Positions 55,844 to 64,000 of a DNA stretch of 64,000 nucleotides are shown one piece after another. The number at the start of each line of letters is the position of its first letter. Positions within the stretch are counted from its first letter, which is position 1. A program made the translations under genes and the position numbers. This stretch comes from Lingula anatina. Its lineage: Eukaryota > Animalia > Brachiopoda. The notes below the pieces were generated by a model. It made no database searches and had not been told where the DNA came from. It worked only from the letters and a program-made list of their open reading frames with translations. Where the stretch lies: assembly GCA_051362555.1 (NCBI GenBank), contig CM120645.1, forward strand, positions 17,980,001 to 18,044,000. The letters are read 5' to 3'.

Positions 55844-56285
55844 TAGATATCAACTCACCTACGGTAAGTCTATTTAACCCTCTAATTCCACATCACCGTC
55901 TAGTGACGTAATAGGCTCAACATGAGACATTCAAATGTGGTCCAGACACAACACCTTACCAGGTTTTTTGAAACCAGCAAATTAAAGGCACAAACACTAT
56001 GTGTTTAATTAAATCAACATGTATTAACTGCAAAGAACAATAAACTTGTTTATCAAACAACTTGTAACAGCAATTTCAATGCAAAGTAGAAATTCGATCT
56101 GCACAATTTGCAGGAAACAGCTCTTACTGCACAAGTTGCAGTTATAAACAGCATATTTAAATGCTCAAAAGAACTCCATCTGGACAAATTGCAGGTAACA
56201 ACTGTAACTGCACAAGTTGCAGCTTAAAAAGGTAAATCAAATAAACAGTTCATAAAACAGCTCCCTATAAATATGAATGTCCATG

Positions 56286-57532
56286 TCAGACACCTGTGCC
56301 AGACAAAATTGCATCTGCAAACTGGCCCTGTTGAATTTCTTTATCGTAATATTTAGCAAATGTGCAATCTTTAGACCAGCCTGCCATCTTCAAAATAGTG
56401 TCTAATGGCACTTTAGCAAGTTTTGCTTGTGAAGATGCTGCCCTGCGTGTGCTGTGTGGAGTAAATATCTCCATGTCTATACCAGCCATATTCATAGTTT
56501 GCTTAATCCATCTAGATATGGTAGATTTGGCTGCTGCCTTAAATAGCTTTACAGATGTTAAAAACAATCTTGTGATATTTCCGGGGCCGTAGCAATAGTC
56601 CGAAGGTTCAATAGTCCGAAGGTTCATTGGTCCGAATATTCACTATAGAACCTTCGGACCAATGAACCCTTGATTAAAAAATCGATGAAAATGTTACCAC
56701 TTTTCGGACCAATGAACCTTCGGACCAATGAACCTTCGGACTATCGAGATGCCCCCATATTTCCTCTTAAATGTTTGACTCTGTCCATGTATTCCATTAA
56801 GACAGTACATAAACATAATCGTCTATCTGGTGCATAAGCTGTCACTGTTATTTCACCAATGTGGTGACCTGGTCTTCACTGCCTCAGTAAATCACCATAT
56901 CTAAATGTGACTTTAGACTTATTAATTGTGATGTTCCGAATGTCAATTAGATGCAACGATTGGGTTCTTTGACCTGTCAATAAAATAGTCAATGTCACTG
57001 CTTTCTTGCTCAGTTGTGAAAGATTAAGTTTTTTCACTGGTGAAAGTTTTTTGAGGTAATTCAAAAGCAAACTTGTGTCCCATATCATATTGTTCCTTGG
57101 TAATGCAGGTCTAGAAGTAAAAACTCCTCTCATCAGTCTAACCACATGAGGATGAGCACCTGCTGGACACTTATCCACCATAATAAAAGTTGAAAGTGCT
57201 GATCTTGCTGTATTTAGAGCAGAATATCCAAGTCCCATATCAAAGCAATGGGCTAAAAAATTTACAACATCAGTTACATTTGGTGACAAGGTATTAATGT
57301 TCCTCTCACTACAATATTGAATCCATCTGGAAATGTAAAATTCGTATTGCTTGACAGTTGTATCTCTCCATGAGGACATGACCAATTTGACAGCTGTTGG
57401 CAAAAATGCCCTGTCTTCGAAACTTTTCCTGACAATACACAATCCATTAGCTTTAACTTTGGAAGATGATTGGCCATGTTTTTGTGTGGGTGCCACAGCA
57501 ATTCTTGATTCCTGGGAAGTAAAAAAGGACAA
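56286..57532 (-). pseudogene. Tyrosine recombinase of the DIRS1-like element (one stop, one MITE insertion)
   Basis: SSWRDTTVKQY, YSALNTARSALS, RPALPR...WD, LTGQRTQSL (R), HSTRRAAS, AGWS...FAKYY. Confidence 0.93.
56583..56756. mobile_element. Foldback MITE with 15-bp subterminal tandem repeats, inside YR
   Basis: GGGGC...GCCCC ends; inverted arrays of GTCCGAAGGTTCA; TSD ATATTTCC at 56575-56582 and 56757-56764. Confidence 0.9.
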
Positions 57533-57553
57533 GATATTAACATATGGCTCAAT

Positions 57554-59400
57554 TTACAAGCTGCATGAAATTAACCATACTTGAGTTGTCCAATATGGCA
57601 CTACCACTATGTTACTATCCACTTGATCAAACTCAATTTTGCTTAACATCTTTCCTATTAAAGAAAAAGGTGGAAATGTATAAGCATTCATCTGTGACCA
57701 GTCAATAGACAAGGCATCCGTTGTCATAGCAAACAGATCAGGTTTCCATGATACATATTTAGGTAGTTGATTATTCAGCCTTGAAGCAAACAAATCCGTT
57801 TCTGGTAGATAAAACTGCTTAGTTATATATCTTTAAATACTGTTGGGTGCAACTTCCATTCAAGATTATCATGATCAAGTCTACTTTCTTTATCAGCTTT
57901 TACATTATTTTCTGATTCAATATATGCAACTGATAACCATATATTTTTTCCCTTGCACCATAACCAAATTTTTCTGGCCAAGTTATTTAGCGAGGGTATT
58001 TTCCCTCCCATTCGAGCAATATATGACAAAGCAGTTATATTATCTATACACATTTTAATGTGAATATTTGTTTCATCTTGTGCAAAGCATTTTAGAGCAA
58101 ACCATGCAGCTAATAGTTCAAGATAATTAATGTGAAAAGCACTTTCAACTGCTGACCAGTTCCCTCCTGATGTGATGCCCTTGCATGCTCCCCCCCCCCC
58201 CCCATCCTTTTTCTGATGCATCAGAATAAATAACTAATGAAGGGTTTCCATGTGAAATCAACTTAAAACTTGAATGGATATTTTCTATCCACCAAGTCAA
58301 GTCTAGTTTCAAGGCATCATCTCTGGCAATCTGCAATTTTGCTTGAAAATCTCCTTTACTAGCTTTCAAAGCTTGATTTTTTCTCATATCCAGTGACCTA
58401 TAATAAAGAGGCCCATATTCTACACCAGGAAAAGATGCTACCAATAATCCTACTACTTTTGCCAATTGCAGAATAGTAATACAGTCCTGCTGTTAGAGGT
58501 TGGTACATGCAGATATTTTATCTGCTTGTCTCTTGTTTAAAGACACTCTCATTTTTACAGAATCCAATGTAAAGCCTAAAAAATCCAACTTTTGCGTTGG
58601 TTCTAAAACAGACTTAGTTGGATGCACAGTAAACCCTGCTTGAGTAGAAACTTTCACTGTTTGCATCACATTCTCTCTGCAATCTTGCAAAGATTCCCCA
58701 ACTAAGAGACTGTCATCAATGTATGGACAATTCATGTGACCTAATTTTCTCAAACAGGAAAAATTGGTTTAGTAACTTTAGTAAAAACATGTGGTCCACT
58801 TGCCAAGCCATTTGGTAAAACCTGAAACTCATACAAGTTCCCATCAAATTCAAATCTTAACAGTCTCTTAATTGTGTTCATCACAAACTGCCAGAAAATA
58901 ATAAGCATCTTTCCAATCAATGGTTGACATGAAACACTGATGTGTCATAAGATTAATGGCTGACTGCAAACTAGACATCTTAAAATGATGATATACAACA
59001 GAAGCATTAAGTTTCCTCAGATTTAAAATCAATCTGAACTTTCCATCCTTTTTCTCTCTTAAGAAAATATTGGAAATAAATTCACCTGCAGTGTTTGACC
59101 TTTTGTATCACTTTTTCTTTAAAAGTTGATGGATTTCAGTACGAATTATATCAGATTCTACTTTATTGAAAGCTTAAGTCTGAGGAATTCTTGATTGTTC
59201 TGTTGATTTGTCTATTTCAATATTGATACCATATGAAACAGTATTCAGTATATACTTATCTGATGTAAGATTTGGCCAAAACTTTTTGCACTTTTCTAAA
59301 CTAGCTGCAGTAAAATTTGCTATCTCAGTGACCAATTTATCTCTTAAAGCATCAATATATGATGACCAATTGATACTGACCTCTTTAGGTGCTTCATTTT
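57554..59400 (-). pseudogene. pol (RT, RNase H, methyltransferase-like) of the DIRS1-like element
   Basis: ILNLRKLN, HFKM, IDWKDAY, LPNGLASGP, YIDDSLL, YSDAS.KGWG, HINYLELLA, DNITALSYI, DLFASRLN...YTFPPF; frameshifted. Confidence 0.93.
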
Positions 59401-59406
59401 TTCTCT

Positions 59407-60433
59407 CTAATCCCGCTTGGTCTTGCCTGCGTGATTTGGCCTTGATTTCTTGAAATTTCTGTAGCTTTTTTTTGGAGGTGTGTACTTTTGCATACCTCTT
59501 GGCCTATATGCTGCGTGATTACACCCATGGTAATCTTTACGGCTTCCAACTTTTGTTCCTACCTTGTTGGTTTCATTGATACCTTTCACAACCCCGGCAA
59601 AATCATCGCCAAATAACCAATCGGTAATTCCTGTGCTTCCTGTACTCCCTGTGCAAGTCTGGCTTTATTAGTTCCCTCCTCCTAAGGGTATCTCAATGCT
59701 GCCATTGGCAACAAATGAAAACGCATTTAATACAAGAGACAGACCAGCTGGAATATCCAATGATTCCTTTTTGTTTTTAGCCTCCAGAAACATATTCGCA
59801 AGTTGGGCCAGAGGTGTGAGCGCTCTGACCACCCTGGTTTGCGCTTTCTGTAATCTAACATCCTTACCTCTGGTAGCAGGTAGAATTCCTTAATTTTCTC
59901 ATCCGAAATTCTTTTTGACGTTATCCTGTTGAGAATATCAGCCAATTCTGGCATAATACTAGGAGATGTCGCTTCTTCGTCTATTAATTCTTGGGAACTC
60001 TTCTCAAGAATTGTATTCCCTTCCGTTTCACTGTGGATCTCAGTATTAGTCAATAGGTTGTTAACTTCTAAATCCATATCCAGCGACTCCTCATCGCTGA
60101 GGGCCAGCAAATGGTCTTCGTCGACTTCCAGAGGACGCTTACTGTTCTCATTTATCTGTTTTTTGCACAAGCTCCATTTTTTGGAGAATCTGACCCAAAA
60201 TATCGACATTCCCTTCATTAGAGGTGTCAGAGATGTCATTTGATGTGCTAGCCAAAGCACGTGGTGCCGGCACTTTCGTCTCCTCTTTTGAAGTCTCCTT
60301 AGACGAACTGACAAACCCATTTTGCATGTGTTTTTATTTCCTTGTCAGTCTTTTGTTTTGGTCTAGACTCTCTAGCGCTAACTTTACTAGTTTTTTCGGG
60401 CTGATTGTTACATTCGGAATTTTTATCCACCAT
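59407..60433 (-). pseudogene. gag-like ORF1 of the DIRS1-like element
   Basis: Acidic/basic fragments upstream of pol, with a WLFGDD motif near 59610; frameshifted. Confidence 0.7.
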
Positions 60434-60660
60434 TTTTATCGGTGTCACTGTATAAAACTTTTACCTCGCTCCATATACTTTTACTGCGCAGTACACTTTG
60501 CTTAAGTGCTTAAATAGCTCAAAACACTGCAGAAATATTAATTTCATGCAGCTTGTAAATCTGCGTTCACTTCGCTGAGAAACGGCGCAATGAATGACGC
60601 TGAGCTGCACGCGCATCTCTCATGTGGAGCCTAGCACGTCACTAGACGGTGATGTGGAAT

Positions 60661-60850
60661 CTGTGTTAGGTACTTGTGATTTTCTTTCAATATGTCTCTA
60701 TCACCACATATAACTAAATAGTCTAAACTATCTGAATTGGGGACTGTGTGTGTGCTGCAGAGATTGGGCATTTAATTTCTACAGTCCCCTTGCCACAGCA
60801 AGCATCATCAATAATGCGGTCAGGAGAGGCCCTTAAGAAAGTATATGTTC
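60661..60850 (-). pseudogene. YqaJ-like (lambda-exonuclease family) domain fragment
   Basis: My own translation: FLRASPDRIIDDACCGKGTVEIKCP, then frameshifted YLVICGDRDILKENHKYLTQ up to the DIRS junction. Confidence 0.75.
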
Positions 60851-63460
60851 GTATTGCTTGTCACAGGGTTGCACATGGACCTCCTGTTCCAACCAGACTA
60901 CTATCTTTCATCACTGTCTCCACTAGCACAATATGATGAAATTTGTGGACACCGTCACAATCATGTTGAGACTGACCTTAAGACCAAATACTGCAACCTT
61001 AGTACCTTTGCAGCTTCACTTTTCCAAGATCTATTACAACAAAATTTATCAAATTTCATACAGAAACGTTTCCAAGTAATCATACCAGTTTGACAATATT
61101 TTTAATAAAACGAATTATTTTGCCTTCACTTTGCTATTTCAAAACATTTTTAGCAACTTGCTTGTGAGTTTAGTTGGCACAATTTGTTCATGCGTACCAC
61201 TTCAGGTAAAATGTCAGTTACCAATCATTACCAGTCATATATATATATATATATATATGAGTCTGCGAGGGTGTGTTTAAACTCAAGTGTGTACAGCTGT
61301 CATGTAGGAGCATAAACTATATTTTATGTTATATGTATAAAATGGTGTTGAGTTCCTCCTCCCCTACACTTCTTTGGCTGAACTCCTCTGCAGTGCCTGT
61401 ACTAGAATATGTTATTAATCTCACCTATTGTAAATTAAAGCTTCTTACTTTTTTTCTTTATTGTTAATTCAGAAAGATCCTGATTGGTTAATTTTTCCTA
61501 AAAAATATCTCAAAATTGACCAAATATGACTAGTGATCCCATTTTACTTAGACATGATTCAATTAACATGGCATTTTTTAGTTAAATGTTTAGAGCAACC
61601 CTTTCAGCTACACAATGATATATAAATCAAAGCTATATCTTACTTAAATTGCCTATTATGAGCGATGTCCTCATTTTTTGACAACTGAACTGAGCAACTC
61701 TGCAGTACTTGTTTCAGTCACAGATTTCGTCTACTGTTTAAAAAAAACTCCCAAAAAGTCCATTAAATCATTGAAATGTAGAATGTGCCTTAAAGTTACC
61801 ATATTCTTGGTTTAAATTACCTTACTTAATACATTTATTAGCTAATTTTCCTGAAAATGACCCAAATTTGAACTCATTTGGTACTTCACCCAAATTTACT
61901 TCAATGTAATTCAATCTTAAATAGCATTAATAACTTATATATGTAGAGTAACCCTTCAGCCACAGAATGATAAACATAAACCATACTTATCTTACTTAGA
62001 TTCCCTTTTTTAAGCGATTTCCTTTCCCCATCCCCTTTTTTGTTGTTTGAACTTAACCTCTCTTTAGTAATTCCTCTTTAGTAATTGTATTACCCATGGT
62101 GTCACCTACTATCAAATTTATTCCCAAACCTCATTTACCATTACAATGCAGGCAAAATGTATTAAACATACACGAACAATATATTCTACGAGGAAGTTCA
62201 ATTTATTTAAATAAATGCATTTTTAAAGTTTATTTTCCTGATAATGGCTTAAAGATCTCATTTGATCTTTTACCTGATTTTACTAAGACATGATTCAAGG
62301 TTTAATGACTACCATTAGACATGTGTAGAGTAACCCTTTAGCTTCATTATTATTGTTGCATCTTCTCAAAATTCCAAATTTTGCACAATTTCCTTCCCCT
62401 ATCCCCATTTTAAATGCTCCAATTTAAGGCACAGTGTGTGATATACCATTAAAAGAAACTACCATGCAACATTGATTTGTACTGGAAAAACCTAGAAAAA
62501 ATTAAACATCACGGATTTAGAAAATATATGTTCACATTGCTTGTTACAGGGTTGTATGTGGACCCCTTGTTCCAACCAGACTACTATTTTTCATCACTGT
62601 CTCCACTGGCACAATATGATGAAATTTGTGGACACCGTCACAATCATGTTGAGACTGACCTTAAGACCAAATAATGCAGCCTCAGCTCTTTCGCAGCTTC
62701 ACATTTCCAAGATCTATTGTAACAGAATTTATCAAATTCATTCAGAAACATTTTCAAGTAATCATACTTGTTTGACAATGTTTTTAATGAAACAGTGAAT
62801 TATTCTTTACAACTTAAAAACATTCTTAGCAATTCAACAGTGAGTTAATATGGCACAGGTATCAGCAATTGTTCTTGCATACACCATGAAGGAAGACACA
62901 GTGACCAATCATTCATTATAAGTAGATATAAGGGCTTGACAGTGTATTTAAATCTAAAATGTAAAGCTGCCATGTAAGAGTATAGCATGTATATTATTTT
63001 TAATATACTAAATATGAAATGGTATTGATTTTAATCCCTTTGACCCCTTTCTTAAGCAATGGAACTGAACACCCATTTTTTGACAATTGAACTGTGCAAC
63101 TCTTCAGTACTTGTTTCAGTCACAGATTACGCCTACTTTTTAAAATAATTTTTTTAAATATTACATCACTGAAATATAGAACATTATCAAAAATACCCTT
63201 AAAATTCCATATTCTAGGTTCAAATTATTGTATATATATACATATTAATTTTTTTACCCCATTTTACTAAAATGCTTCAAATTTGACCTCATTTGATATT
63301 TGCCTTATTTACTTAAACATGCTTCAATCTTACATAGCATTTATAACCTATATGAGCCACAAAATTATATAAATCAAACTTACATCTTACATAAATTTAG
63401 TACTTTGAGAGATTTCTTTTCCCAACCCTTCTTCTTTCAAACTTAAACCTCTAATCAATA
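60842..63460. repeat. Diverged tandem duplication (~1.68-kb offset) with degenerate ~350-bp subrepeats
   Basis: 60842-61230 resembles 62525-62910; 61672-61730 resembles 63074-63130; TAGAG(C/T)AACCCTT at ~61590, 61944, 62326. Confidence 0.8.
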
Positions 63461-63479
63461 ACCATTTGACAATGCCCTA

Positions 63480-63660
63480 CAGGCCCGTAGCCAGAAATTT
63501 CAAAAGGGGGGTTCTTTTTCTGAAAAAGTGGACCTTTACCATGAAACTTTCATATACCATTATTAAATTTCACCCAGAGGGGCCTTTTCCTTGCAAAAAG
63601 GGGGGTTCATTTGAACCCCCTGAACCCCCCCCCCCCCCCCCCCCCCTGGCTACGGGCCTG
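63480..63660. mobile_element. MITE, 181 bp
   Basis: Perfect 15-bp TIR CAGGCCCGTAGCCAG / CTGGCTACGGGCCTG; 5-bp TSD CCCTA/TCCTA. Confidence 0.88.
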
Positions 63661-63680
63661 TCCTAAATCTTTCCACATAC

Positions 63681-63836
63681 CATGCATTGTACAAATTGGT
63701 TAAGACATGGCCTTGCTCTTGCTGCTGTCTTTTACTGCCTGCTTTTTCTAAAGGAATTAGCCATGACCAGACAGGAAGTTTCAGTTCACCAAGAAGCAAC
63801 CATGCTGTATGGAAAGGGTCATCTGGAATTGAAAGA
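63681..63836 (-). CDS. Candidate 156-bp internal exon of an unidentified gene
   Basis: TTTGCCAG acceptor, G|GTATGT donor, length divisible by 3, open frame LSIPDDPFHTAWLLLGELKLPVWSWLIPLEKAGSKRQQQEQGHVLTNLYNA, locally higher GC. Confidence 0.4.
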
Positions 63837-64000
63837 CTGGCAAATTACAGTATTACTTATAGTAGTTAAACGTTAATAATTTTGACAAACCTAGTCCAAT
63901 ATTTGTGAAAACTGTACAAATGATGCATAACATCAACAAAAAAATGTGATATCAAGCTTATCAGTTGAGTATGTCCAATGAAAAAGAATTTTTGTGACAA

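Larger units (their letters stand above)
55844..60660 (-). mobile_element. DIRS1-like tyrosine recombinase retrotransposon, degenerate, 3' end probably truncated
   Basis: 43-bp inverted repeats at 55885-55927 and 60618-60660 (40/43). Adjacent hairpin CTCACC-TAC-GGTAAG. gag, RT/RH/MT and YR on the minus strand. Confidence 0.92.

Noticed and set aside
42708-57532. Prophage or integron integrases
   Set aside because: Both recombinases are linked to gag and RT/RNase H and to DIRS-type repeats in a eukaryotic context.
63682-63876. Plus-strand ORFs as a recombinase tail
   Set aside because: No convincing catalytic motifs; the minus-strand exon reading fits better.

Overview
AT-rich eukaryotic, repeat-dominated DNA. 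The transposon mix resembles marine invertebrates such as molluscs, which is an inference. No prokaryotic genes, rRNA, tRNA or CRISPR were seen. 1-33.6 kb is a strand-asymmetric (TG-rich) satellite with a ~348-bp monomer, arranged in higher-order repeats (1.8 kb) and larger duplications (5.4 kb, 3.7 kb, 0.69 kb). The hydrophobic ORFs there are artefacts. The array becomes more diverged, flips orientation at ~43,724 and ends at ~54,940. Its edge holds several insertions: an internally deleted LTR element, a Helentron-type HINE, a PAT-like tyrosine-recombinase retrotransposon (split direct repeats, predicted spliced YR), an inverted Penelope GIY-YIG fragment with a minimal hammerhead-like motif, and a 5.2-kb TIR element with Ulp1-like exon relics. 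Beyond the array, a DIRS1-like element interrupts a YqaJ-exonuclease/PHD pseudogene, followed by a ~1.7-kb duplication, MITEs and one candidate host exon. All TE ORFs are degenerate. Coordinates were read by eye and some boundaries are approximate.
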